IMG/VR virus record: IMGVR_UViG_3300031414_000008
Coordinates: 64,001-128,000 of that record
Reading direction: 5' to 3' (one strand)
Origin: a virus
Length of the DNA stretch: 64,000 nt
Within the stretch, counting starts at the first letter, position 1. The number at the start of each line of letters is the position of its first letter. The notes beneath the pieces were generated by a model. That model was not told the DNA's origin, ran no database searches, and saw only the letters and a program-made list of their open reading frames with translations. This document shows, in pieces, positions 55,176 through 64,000 of this stretch. Position numbers and translations under genes: made by a program.

Positions 55176-55492
55176 TGTATAGCTATCAAGACTTTGCGAA
55201 AGCCGTATACGCTGAACTTCAGCCGGAAGAATCCTTCGAAGAGTGGGACGACCACACGTTCTACTCCTCTGAGCCACCACCGCCAGAAATGACCTTCTGT
55301 GAACGCTGGTTCATCAAGGGCAACTCCGCGGCACCGTACACCCTCGGCGGTGAGAACTACATCCTGGTTCAGCTGTCGTGCACTGACGGTCAGTGGGAGA
55401 TCTTCACCGCCGACCAGGAGAGCACCTCTTCTGTTCCGTACCAGACCGAAGCCGGCGCCCGCGAGGCCTGGACCTTCCTGCTGGGAGAGTAA
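55175..55492 (+). CDS. hypothetical protein
   Basis: 105 aa ORF. Confidence 0.55.
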   Translation: MYSYQDFAKAVYAELQPEESFEEWDDHTFYSSEPPPPEMTFCERWFIKGNSAAPYTLGGENYILVQLSCTDGQWEIFTADQESTSSVPYQTEAGAREAWTFLLGE

Positions 55493-55493
55493 C

Positions 55494-55907
55494 ATGCCGA
55501 CGCCTCTCAGTGTTCTCGAAGTTGCAAAGCTCTACGCCAAGCACCGTAAGGAATCCACCCGAGAGGCAATCAAGCGTTGCGGGAAGCGGGTACGTAAAGG
55601 CGACATGATTCCCTGGTTGATCAATCACTTAGATCGCCCATGGGCTCACCGCTGTGCCTTCTTCCCGGTTATCGACGATTGGTACCCCTCCTGGGAATTC
55701 CCCGAAGGCAAGTTCATCCGCGTCCTCATCGAGCCGATCGGCCACCACTACGTTAACATCCGTCTGTCCGGAGCCGACGATCACTCCGTCTACTACTCCT
55801 TCGGCAGTATGATTGAGGCAGAGGCATTCTGGGATCAACTCGTCGCCGAACCCGAACTGTGTCACACCATGATTTCCTTGCTGTATGAACCCTTTTCGCC
55901 CTACTAG
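55494..55907 (+). CDS. hypothetical protein
   Basis: GGGAG RBS, ends in TAG. Confidence 0.55.
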   Translation: MPTPLSVLEVAKLYAKHRKESTREAIKRCGKRVRKGDMIPWLINHLDRPWAHRCAFFPVIDDWYPSWEFPEGKFIRVLIEPIGHHYVNIRLSGADDHSVYYSFGSMIEAEAFWDQLVAEPELCHTMISLLYEPFSPY

Positions 55908-55943
55908 ATTTCGTGTAAAATAACCTTAAAAGAGGTTACTATT

Positions 55944-56315
55944 ATGCGGATATCTTGGAAGACACCTTGTATTCAGGATTTAATGCCTGAACTGAATTCA
56001 CTTCTCGAAGATTTCAACTGTGAAATCGTCGTGGATAAGTATGGCCGTGCCACGCTCTCGGACTTCTCCGGGAGTGAGGTTTCGTGGGATGCCCTCGAAG
56101 CTAATGGCGTGGTATACTTGCTGAATCGGACGATTCTCCATCCGCTGGGTTACTCTCTGTATCTCACTGATGGGGTGTCTCCGGGGTTCGATGTGTTAGA
56201 GGACGGTGCTTTCAGCTACACGGCTGAGGCACAGGCCCACTATGATCGAGCTCTCTCCTCGGTCCTCGAGGAAAAGTACCCACTTTCGGGTATAAGTACA
56301 ACGGAGGGAAATTAA
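55944..56315 (+). CDS. hypothetical protein
   Basis: 123 aa ORF. Confidence 0.55.
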   Translation: MRISWKTPCIQDLMPELNSLLEDFNCEIVVDKYGRATLSDFSGSEVSWDALEANGVVYLLNRTILHPLGYSLYLTDGVSPGFDVLEDGAFSYTAEAQAHYDRALSSVLEEKYPLSGISTTEGN

Positions 56316-56337
56316 CCCCTCCCAAGGTGAGGTGTAA

Positions 56338-56787
56338 ATGAAATGTCTTCTGACTATTTCACTCCTGCTCTCCCTGTTCGTGGCCAAGCCCGTCTTGGCC
56401 TCAGCAGACAGCATCTGTCGGAAAGAGCCACTGGCATGCAACATTTATTTCGAAGCAAGAGGTGAAAAGGAAAAGGGTCAATACGCAGTTGCGTTTGTCT
56501 CGATGAACAGGCTCAAAAGTGGGAAGTACGGGAAGTCCATGCGATCTGTTGTTTTCGCAAAGGATCAGTTCTCATGGACTAACGGCCGACGGTCCATCAA
56601 AGACCAAGAGGCATTCGAGCGGGCACGGAAGGTCGCTGAAGCAGTAAAGACTTGGTCGAAAGACCCTGAAACGTACCGGAAGAAAGACGTCACGCGTGGC
56701 GCCAAGTATTTCCACAAGAAGGGTCTACGGCCGGGGTGGAACAAGAAAGTGGTGACCAGGATCGGCAACCACGTGTTCTACGGTTAA
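56338..56787 (+). CDS. SleB-like cell wall hydrolase (Hydrolase_2) with signal peptide
   Basis: LACNIYFEARGE, AVAFV..NR, QFSW, GAKYFH, IGNHVFY. Confidence 0.9.
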   Translation: MKCLLTISLLLSLFVAKPVLASADSICRKEPLACNIYFEARGEKEKGQYAVAFVSMNRLKSGKYGKSMRSVVFAKDQFSWTNGRRSIKDQEAFERARKVAEAVKTWSKDPETYRKKDVTRGAKYFHKKGLRPGWNKKVVTRIGNHVFYG

Positions 56788-56825
56788 CCAAAAGCCCTCC
56801 GGGGCTTTTTTACTTTGGAGAAACT

Positions 56826-57179
56826 ATGAACTCGAACCACGTTATGGCGGCGGACGTCGGGACCCGTTCCCTCGGAGCCGGCTACCAGCTCTATCACAAC
56901 CCGCAGACCTTCAAGACCGTGGACGGTCCGGTGTATTACCGCACGGATCTCCCGGATGGCTACGCTATCGACGGCCTGCCCGGCCTCTACCTCCTGGGTA
57001 CGGTCGAACAGCGTAAGTCCAACCTGAACATCATTACGCTCTCGCTCGTCGGCGACAACGGGGTGAAGTACTGCCACGACACCACCGACACGAACGAAGC
57101 GCTGCGTACCGTCTCGAAGATGAAGGCTGCAGCGACAGTCAACTACGAATCGATCGGCACGATCTACGTGGGTGAATGA
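56826..57179 (+). CDS. hypothetical protein
   Basis: GGAG RBS. Confidence 0.55.
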   Translation: MNSNHVMAADVGTRSLGAGYQLYHNPQTFKTVDGPVYYRTDLPDGYAIDGLPGLYLLGTVEQRKSNLNIITLSLVGDNGVKYCHDTTDTNEALRTVSKMKAAATVNYESIGTIYVGE

Positions 57180-57457
57180 TGGACTACGTTCTCGCAAGCT
57201 ACCTCGCCCTTAACGGCGAACCGGTCCGTCGGAAGTGTTGGCCACAGGATGTCTATGTGGTCATCAAGGGTGCGTCGAACCATATCTTCGCTCCCAAGAC
57301 CACGCCGACGGTTTGGCACTATTCACGAGAAGACTTTAAGGCTAAAGACTATGAGCGTTACCACACTGGACTTTGCCGGAGCAATCGAGCTCCTGAAACA
57401 GGGGAAGGCGGTGACCCGTCTGATCTGGCCGCACAGCCGGATTCTAGTCAAGGATAA
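57176..57457 (+). CDS. Tad2/DUF2829-like protein
   Basis: LNGEPVRRKCW...WHYSREDFKAKDY. Confidence 0.55.
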   Translation: MMDYVLASYLALNGEPVRRKCWPQDVYVVIKGASNHIFAPKTTPTVWHYSREDFKAKDYERYHTGLCRSNRAPETGEGGDPSDLAAQPDSSQG

Positions 57458-57590
57458 TCAGGTCGTCATTCAGCACGAAGTAACCATGCCAGGGGTAACG
57501 CCCTGGCATTTTACTTTTGCGGACATGACCGCCGTTGACTACGTCGAGGCGTTCTTTAACCACCGGGACACCACGGTACCTATTCAATAA
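57351..57590 (+). CDS. Tad2/DUF2829-like protein
   Basis: DFAGAIELLKQGKAVTRLIW...WHFTFADMTAVDY. Confidence 0.72.
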   Translation: MSVTTLDFAGAIELLKQGKAVTRLIWPHSRILVKDNQVVIQHEVTMPGVTPWHFTFADMTAVDYVEAFFNHRDTTVPIQ

Positions 57591-57836
57591 GCTATTCAGA
57601 AAGCTATTCAAAACACCCCTTTCCCTTTGTAGAACAACAACTTACCTCTGGGAGTATCTATTCATGATCAAGAACTTCAAGCACATGTGGAAGCATCACC
57701 GCGGGTTCTGCCTGCTGACTGGCTCCTACCTCGTCCCCGCTATGGTGACCTACATCTTCACGTTCGATCGGGCCTTGGCCATCAACGTAGGTTCCATCGG
57801 GATCCTCGCTTCGTTTTACTTTATCTGGAAATACGC

Positions 57837-58367
57837 ATGAACCGAGTCTGGCTGATTTCTGACGCCCACTTCAATCACAAAGCGATCCCTAAGTTCCGCC
57901 CGCTCGTCACGAGCGTGGATGATAACACCGAGCAGATCGTTCACCACTGGCGTGCTCTCGTCGATAAGGATGACACGGTCATCTGTGTCGGGGACATGGC
58001 GTGGGATGCTGCCGGGTTAATGATCATGCAGACGCTTCCGGGGCGTAAAATCCTGGTTCCCGGCAATCACGACGATCAAACGGACGTGACTCACCAGGAA
58101 CTGTCCCGGACGTACGACCGTATCCGCGGCGGGCTGATCAACTACCCGGGCGGCTTCTGGATTCAGCACTGCCCGATGCACCCCGACGAGCTGTACGGCA
58201 AGATCAACATCCATGGGCATATGCACTGCAACGCCATCCGTGATGCCCGCTACGTGAACGTCAATGTAGACTTCACCGGTATGAAACCGGTCCTCCTGGA
58301 CGACATCAAGTCCGGCAAATACACCACTTACGATAAGGTTCCCTATGAAGCTGACAGTCACCGTTAA
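57837..58367 (+). CDS. calcineurin-like metallophosphoesterase
   Basis: SDAHFNH, VGD, PGNHD, HCPMH, IHGHMH. Confidence 0.88.
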   Translation: MNRVWLISDAHFNHKAIPKFRPLVTSVDDNTEQIVHHWRALVDKDDTVICVGDMAWDAAGLMIMQTLPGRKILVPGNHDDQTDVTHQELSRTYDRIRGGLINYPGGFWIQHCPMHPDELYGKINIHGHMHCNAIRDARYVNVNVDFTGMKPVLLDDIKSGKYTTYDKVPYEADSHR

Positions 58368-58776
58368 TCTCATCCGCGTCGATACTTTGCGTCCGTCGGA
58401 TATCCGTGCCCTGCCACGGGAAATGCAGGATACGCTCTCGAAGATGCCACAAGCAGAGGGACTGAATAAGTCTATTCTCTTCATGGACTCCTTCCCGCCG
58501 AAGCTCATCGACAACAAAGCGGTTAGCCGCTACTTCCCGATGCTCGTTGAGCGTACCTTCCAAGGTGCTGTTGCACTTCTGCAGCATTGTGATAATCTGA
58601 CTATGTCCCGCGGGCCACTGAAGATCTACTGGAATAAAGGGCTACTAAGCTTCGTCGATCAGGACGGCGACGTGTGGTGCCCTAGTCCTGCGGACGTGTT
58701 ATCTGACAAAGAGGAGTGGTATGTCAATTCGAAAGTTGAACCGAATCAAACGCAAGCAGAGCTCCCTCCGCTCTAA
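58345..58776 (+). CDS. protein with C-terminal Tad2/DUF2829-like domain
   Basis: FQGAVALL...WCPSPADVLSDKEEW. Confidence 0.55.
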   Translation: MKLTVTVNLIRVDTLRPSDIRALPREMQDTLSKMPQAEGLNKSILFMDSFPPKLIDNKAVSRYFPMLVERTFQGAVALLQHCDNLTMSRGPLKIYWNKGLLSFVDQDGDVWCPSPADVLSDKEEWYVNSKVEPNQTQAELPPL

Positions 58777-59113
58777 CGCCCACTGGTGCAACGGGTGCGA
58801 CGCGAACTTAGTGCACGCCAACGAAAAGTGCTCGCACTGTGGCTGGCGTCCGATTGGCGACCAAGTGAAGAAACGGGATTACTATCATCAGGAGACCATT
58901 GATGGATAGAAAACAGTATCGCCTTAAGGAGTCACCGACCACCGGTGGCGCCCCAGGTACTCCGGCGGGTACTATCGTTTACGAATGGCGTGGCCATGAC
59001 TACGGTGCAGCTTCCTTTGACTCAATGATGCGTCAGGAGCAGTACATTAGCGTCTCTCTGCAGCCCGGAGAGAATCCTTACTTCACCGTTCCGGTGAGGC
59101 TTCTGGAGGAAGT

Positions 59114-59557
59114 GTGACAGGGTTGAGGCCGGGAGGCCTCGCTCTACTCCTTACGACGACGTGGGATCTTCCACTGAACGTCGGAAAGGGTGTCACTACG
59201 GAATTCATCCTGGCACCGGGGGAAGTTACCCGTGGGCTCGATGGCCGTTGGTTAACGAACCAGACGGGTAAGCCTCTCTGGTTTATCATTGGCGACATCT
59301 GGCAGTCGAACACATCCGGCGATGTCTGGTACGGTTTCGCACTGGTGGATGAAGCCTCCCTTTTACCTATCGATGGAGAAACGTTCGATGGCGAAGCTGG
59401 AATTTACAATAGCGGGCGGATGGTGGTGGTGCGAAAGATGCCGCAAGAACCACGTGGAGTGCAGCCCATGTCCCCGAGACCCAAACCACGTACCCGCAGA
59501 CCCCGCAGAGGTAAAGGCCCGTTTGGACGCGGCGGTCGACCAGATCCGAGCGAGTGA
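59114..59557 (+). CDS. hypothetical protein
   Basis: 147 aa ORF, GTG start. Confidence 0.5.
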   Translation: MTGLRPGGLALLLTTTWDLPLNVGKGVTTEFILAPGEVTRGLDGRWLTNQTGKPLWFIIGDIWQSNTSGDVWYGFALVDEASLLPIDGETFDGEAGIYNSGRMVVVRKMPQEPRGVQPMSPRPKPRTRRPRRGKGPFGRGGRPDPSE

Positions 59558-59679
59558 GGAGCGCCGTGCATTAGAGAAGGTCAAGAGCTATATTCCTCAG
59601 ATCGAAGAAGGTGCTTACACTTGCGAGTGCTGCCTGTGTGGGAAATGGTATCAATCTGACAACAAACGGAGTGCTTACT

Positions 59680-60075
59680 GTGGCTGCTAAACTGACGACC
59701 CAAGCGGTACGGGACCTCCTGACGGCGTGTCAGGGTACCGAAGACGATATGCGTGTTGAGGGTATCGTCGGGTACTACCTGTTCGACATGGACAAGCTGG
59801 AAGAACACCGCCAGCAAATCATCGAGCTCCTCTACGAACTGCCCGCTCCGTTCCAGATGTCCCACGGTGGCGGGTGGTCGTTCCTACAGGCGGCCTTTGA
59901 CCGTCACGGTAATCACTGGGCGGAACATCCCACGATGGACGCTCTATTCTGTCTCGGTATGGGACTTGACGTCGCCGGCTACGTTCTTCCACGGGAATCG
60001 TGGTCGATTTTCCCTGGCGGCATGCCTTACATCTACATTAAGGACTCCGATGAAAATTCTGAGCAAAGTTCATGA
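59680..60075 (+). CDS. hypothetical protein
   Basis: GGGWSFLQA..DRHG..W..GGMPY. Confidence 0.6.
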   Translation: MAAKLTTQAVRDLLTACQGTEDDMRVEGIVGYYLFDMDKLEEHRQQIIELLYELPAPFQMSHGGGWSFLQAAFDRHGNHWAEHPTMDALFCLGMGLDVAGYVLPRESWSIFPGGMPYIYIKDSDENSEQSS

Positions 60076-60772
60076 CTACTATGACTCTGCGGCGGCGTAC
60101 GGCGTTTCCGATCAGTACTGGAAGCGCCAGAACGACACGCTGCACGAGAAGGACACCGTCTTAGAGGACATCCTGCATCACACCCAGTGCTGGGGCGGTC
60201 GACCGATGATCGTTCTCTTCTGCGGAAAGGCTTACCCGGTGATCTCCCTGCGGGGCAACGGTGCCTACGATGATAACCACTTCTTGATCACCTGCCAGGA
60301 TGACTTCGCTGTCTACAGGGAGATCTACGAAGCCGGCTTGAATCCACCGTACCTGGGCCGTTGGGAGGACGTGGAGCCGAGGCCTAACCGTTTCCGCTCT
60401 CCGGAATCCTACGCGGTCCGTGGGTTCCAGGGCTTCCAAGAGGACGTTGCGAAGCTGGACTGTGAGCAGTATCACCGTAAGTACAACGCCCCTATCCTCC
60501 GTGTCGGCTACACGTACATCGACAAGCACGGGAACTATCAGGATAACCGCGGACGGTGGCGTCACAAGGTCACCATCGAGACGAACCCTTCCCTGAAGGC
60601 ACTGGGTTTCCAGAAAGTGAAGGACGCGTTCACGGCATACCAGGAGTTGGACTCCTACATCTTCGGTGTGCTCGGCGTTGACGTTAACCCTACTGTCCAA
60701 ACGTCGGATAAGGACCGCTTGGTAGCCCACGGCTTCGATAATCGCACCTCTTTCCGTAATATGAAACGTTAA
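60050..60772 (+). CDS. hypothetical protein
   Basis: AGGA RBS; MKILSKVHDYYD start. Confidence 0.6.
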   Translation: MKILSKVHDYYDSAAAYGVSDQYWKRQNDTLHEKDTVLEDILHHTQCWGGRPMIVLFCGKAYPVISLRGNGAYDDNHFLITCQDDFAVYREIYEAGLNPPYLGRWEDVEPRPNRFRSPESYAVRGFQGFQEDVAKLDCEQYHRKYNAPILRVGYTYIDKHGNYQDNRGRWRHKVTIETNPSLKALGFQKVKDAFTAYQELDSYIFGVLGVDVNPTVQTSDKDRLVAHGFDNRTSFRNMKR

Positions 60773-60809
60773 TGGTATAAGGAACATAGAGACAAACAGG
60801 AGAATCTCG

Positions 60810-61334
60810 ATGTTCTTAATGACCACTGCCGGATTAAACACCATAATCCGTACCCAGGACCTTACCGTTATCATTGCTCGCCGCCCGAAACGTAAAGGCA
60901 TGTTCGGCTATCACGTGATGGCTGACATGATCGCTGTTGATGAACTCCTCCGGGAAGAAATGGAGACTGATGACATGACCGCGTTCAAGCGTCTGTTCTC
61001 CGGCTTCTGCCCAAAACGTGAAGCATATCAGTATGCTGCCAAACTGAGTGACGAACCGAAAGAGCTCGTCCTACTGTTGGAGGCTATGAGCTTGTTGAAA
61101 GAGAAACCTGCTGTACAAGATAACGTGTTTGCTGAATACGCTCTGCGTGATGGATACACGATCAAGTTAGAAGGTATGGACGATGGCCTGTACGTGACTG
61201 AATACCAAGGTAAAGAGCTCGAAGCGAAGACCAAGGTGTTGAGCATGCGTGAAGGTCGTAGCCGTATCAAGATGTGCGTCGATAACATTGAGCGTCTGGA
61301 GCGTGTAAGCTTCCAGATTATCAAATCTGCCTAA
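60810..61334 (+). CDS. hypothetical protein
   Basis: 174 aa ORF after a promoter variant, terminator follows. Confidence 0.65.
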   Translation: MFLMTTAGLNTIIRTQDLTVIIARRPKRKGMFGYHVMADMIAVDELLREEMETDDMTAFKRLFSGFCPKREAYQYAAKLSDEPKELVLLLEAMSLLKEKPAVQDNVFAEYALRDGYTIKLEGMDDGLYVTEYQGKELEAKTKVLSMREGRSRIKMCVDNIERLERVSFQIIKSA

Positions 61335-61364
61335 GCCCTTCGGGGCTTTTTTAAGGAGAAAAAC

Positions 61365-62552
61365 GTGATCCAAGAATACTATCTGCATATGTTCTGCGGG
61401 ATAAACGGTGAGCTTGACCAGAACTCCGGTGCCGGTCGCCTCGCTATCGCTACCCTAATGGCAGGATACGGTCTGAATGCGACGACGAAGAAAGACCTGC
61501 AGTCCCGCGTCGATTGGGTGGTGACCCCCGGTTGCTTCCTGGGCCAGAAGGAGATGGCTCCGACGGACTACTACTGCCGTAACTTCCCGGAAGTTAAGTT
61601 CGCGGTCTCATTAGTGCCGTTCCGCAAGGTTAACCGTACGATGAACTACCAGCTGGACTGGTCGGTTCTGGACCACGAGGAGTGGGACTGGAAGATCACC
61701 TCTCCGGTGTGGATCAACTTAGCGAAGATCTACTGGCTCGGCTACTTCCTGTTTGGCCGCAACGTTCTTCCGGAGACGGTGATCGCCACGATGCGGGCTA
61801 AGTTCTCCCCTCGCTGTGATGATGCTCAGGATAAGCGTCGCAACCTGAAGAGTCCGTTCGTGATGCAGTTCCTGAAGAACATCGGAGTTCCACTGCATGA
61901 TGTCCGTCCGGCTCACCTCTTCTCGAACTCCCAGGACGATCTGGCACGCCACTTAGTCTTCGGGTCTCTGGCGATCGGCATGAACTGGTCGGAGAACATC
62001 CCGGGCTACTACGCGATGGGTGCGATGGTGAAGGACTTGGTGCCGGCGGGCACGGCGTTCAACCAACTGACCCCGCACTTAGCTCCGTTCGCCGAGGCCC
62101 AGTGCGGTCGCTTCCAGAACGGTCTGTTCCCACTGCTGCAGCCGAGCTACTACCCGCTATCCATGGGCAACCCGGCGATCCCGTCTTCACCGAGCCGTGT
62201 GCCAACGAATGGCCGTGACATGCTGCCGCTCCTGTGGTGTAACAACCAGCGTTCTCCGCAGGAAGAAGCGAACACTCACTACGTCCAGGTCCGCGGCACC
62301 GAGATCAACTCCGAGTACTTCTCCTCGAACCGTCAGATGTGGCTCACCGCCGCCCTGCTGTGGGAGTACTACTTGATGCTGACCGGTCGCACGCTCTTCC
62401 AGATCGAACTCCTGGTGGAAGCTCGCCGGGCCCAGAACTGGACCGTGGATGACTTGAAGGAATCCTTGATCTACCTGAGCCCGTGCAACGCGAAGAACTC
62501 CTCTGTGGCCCAGATCGTTCGCTTCCATTTAGAGCGTCAGAATCAGGTATAA
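61365..62552 (+). CDS. hypothetical protein
   Basis: 395 aa ORF, GTG start with AGGAG. Confidence 0.65.
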   Translation: MIQEYYLHMFCGINGELDQNSGAGRLAIATLMAGYGLNATTKKDLQSRVDWVVTPGCFLGQKEMAPTDYYCRNFPEVKFAVSLVPFRKVNRTMNYQLDWSVLDHEEWDWKITSPVWINLAKIYWLGYFLFGRNVLPETVIATMRAKFSPRCDDAQDKRRNLKSPFVMQFLKNIGVPLHDVRPAHLFSNSQDDLARHLVFGSLAIGMNWSENIPGYYAMGAMVKDLVPAGTAFNQLTPHLAPFAEAQCGRFQNGLFPLLQPSYYPLSMGNPAIPSSPSRVPTNGRDMLPLLWCNNQRSPQEEANTHYVQVRGTEINSEYFSSNRQMWLTAALLWEYYLMLTGRTLFQIELLVEARRAQNWTVDDLKESLIYLSPCNAKNSSVAQIVRFHLERQNQV

Positions 62553-62582
62553 GTAAGGTACACAAACAAAAGGAGTTTTCTC

Positions 62583-63206
62583 ATGCAAGTCACCGTTAAT
62601 GTTGTCAGTCTTCCTCCCGTCGTCGTTGACGCTTTCAATGACATGCTCACAGCAAGTGTCACCCCGATCTTCAATGAAGATGCCCTCCCGTCTAAAGCCC
62701 AGGCCGGTCTGCTCGCTGCTGCGTACTTCGCGTGCCAGAAGTCGATCTGTATGAAGTTCATGCCAGAGCTCGAATCGGCGGGGATGTTCAAAGATGTCGT
62801 CTCGATCGACTACCCCGGGTTCAAGTGGAACCGTGGCCTGAAGTTCTGCTACGCGGTCGACATGATCATCCCGTCCTTGGTCAAGACCATGGCGGAACTG
62901 ATCGTGCAGGGCCGTGATTTCTCAGGCTTCATGGACTTCCTCGAAGCGTGGGAAGGGATCAAGATTGACAAAGCTACCGGTGAATTGCTTGAGCATATCG
63001 AAGGCCCGGCGGCACGGCGTCTCGAAGAGCATGCTCTGGGCCTGTGCAAGGCGAACTGCAGTCTGATGGTCGGTGAGACACCTACTATCATCCGCCGCGT
63101 CTTGAATAACGTGAAGGCAGCCGTCGAAGTCGGTTCTGAGACGCCTCTGGACTGCCTGGTCCATGACATGGAGTACCTGGTGCCGAACCTGGTAATCGAA
63201 CTGTGA
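62583..63206 (+). CDS. hypothetical protein
   Basis: 207 aa ORF after a GGTATAAGTA motif. Confidence 0.65.
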   Translation: MQVTVNVVSLPPVVVDAFNDMLTASVTPIFNEDALPSKAQAGLLAAAYFACQKSICMKFMPELESAGMFKDVVSIDYPGFKWNRGLKFCYAVDMIIPSLVKTMAELIVQGRDFSGFMDFLEAWEGIKIDKATGELLEHIEGPAARRLEEHALGLCKANCSLMVGETPTIIRRVLNNVKAAVEVGSETPLDCLVHDMEYLVPNLVIEL

Positions 63207-63553
63207 AGACGAATATCTTTGGATCCATCGTAGAGTTTGAGCGTCACGCCGATGGTACCATTATATTCAAACTCAAAGATATTGTCCGTGCAATCGGCCT
63301 TGCTTGGGATAGTCAGTTTCACAAGGTCAAGAAAGATCCACTCGATCGCTACTGTATTGTCGAAGAACGTTTTGGCGCTGAAGATGGCAAGACTTACGAA
63401 GCCGTAGGTATCCCATCTGAAAATGTTCAGAACTTCCTTGATGACATCAATGTCAATCGATGCACTAAAGATGTCGCGAAGATGATTCTGCGTCTACGCG
63501 ACAATCTTCGTGGTAAGAACCTGGCTGAAGAAGCTATGCAGCATTTGGTGTAA
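63203..63553 (+). CDS. P22 antirepressor N-terminal-like domain protein
   Basis: KDIVRAIGLAWDSQFHKVK...GIPSENVQNFL..IN. Confidence 0.7.
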   Translation: MKTNIFGSIVEFERHADGTIIFKLKDIVRAIGLAWDSQFHKVKKDPLDRYCIVEERFGAEDGKTYEAVGIPSENVQNFLDDINVNRCTKDVAKMILRLRDNLRGKNLAEEAMQHLV

Positions 63554-63670
63554 ATCCAGGGGAGGTTCGTTGGGTTATCCCAACAGATCTCCCCACATCT
63601 CAACGATATTTGGTATAAGAAGAGTATAGACAAAGGTCTGTACCGTATCTATTAACCCAAGGAGTAAACA

Positions 63671-64000
63671 ATGGCAACTTTCAAACCGGCACTCATCAAC
63701 TTCTTCGGCGAGCCGATCGCAGTAATCGAAACCGAGATTGAAGTGCAGACTGCCGACGGCGTTCGCATTGAGCCGGTGCTGGGCGTCGTGGCTCGTCGTC
63801 TGGTAGAACAGCTAGGTCTTGACTGGCCAAGCCAGTTAGAGAAACTCAAGAACGATGAAGACAATCGTTATGGTGTGTTTGAAGCGAAAGCTCAGGCTGA
63901 AGATGGCCGCATGATCACTTCAACCATCATCCCTCTGACTTCCGTCAACGCCTTCCTCTTCAGCATTAACCGTAACAAGATCAGTCCGGACGACATGATC
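63671..64000 (+). CDS. P22 antirepressor N-terminal-like protein (truncated by the window end)
   Basis: read manually: ARRLVEQLGLDWPSQLEKLK...IPLTSVNAFLFSINRNK. Confidence 0.78.
   Translation, partial: MATFKPALINFFGEPIAVIETEIEVQTADGVRIEPVLGVVARRLVEQLGLDWPSQLEKLKNDEDNRYGVFEAKAQAEDGRMITSTIIPLTSVNAFLFSINRNKISPDDMI

Noticed and set aside
62583-63206. T4 Ndd-like assignment
   Set aside because: No recognisable similarity on inspection
1-64000. Genome-wide TAG reassignment (alternative genetic code)
   Set aside because: Long genes are uninterrupted under the standard code, coding density is already high, and TAG ends several genes cleanly before an RBS

Overview
This is a 64 kb slice of a large, apparently lytic dsDNA phage genome. 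The host is probably gammaproteobacterial, inferred from an enterobacterial-type ArfA, HU and sigma70-type promoters. Nearly all genes are on the + strand, and no capsid or tail genes are recognisable. Main contents: (1) a family A DNA polymerase split into two genes 9 kb apart, with the break inside the 3'-5' exonuclease domain and an NAD salvage pair and nested spanins in between; (2) several anti-defence genes: Acb1, Acb2, three Tad2-like proteins, Nampt plus NMNAT-NUDIX, and a macro domain; (3) 25 tRNA genes covering all 20 amino acids and including an amber suppressor, interspersed with tRNA-shaped non-canonical RNAs; (4) translation-rescue genes: a short ArfA, an RlmN-like methyltransferase, and a Pth2-like gene with an in-frame TAG at codon 3 lying 1.3 kb from the amber suppressor tRNA; (5) basic Ala/Gly-rich proteins with recurring KxA motifs; (6) expanded paralog families (P22 antirepressor N-terminal domain, KOW/SH3-like, small GY/GF-V proteins); (7) a phage-type promoter motif GGTATAAGTA with 12 exact copies. 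All family assignments come from motif recognition by eye, with no database searches, and RNA folds were not computed.
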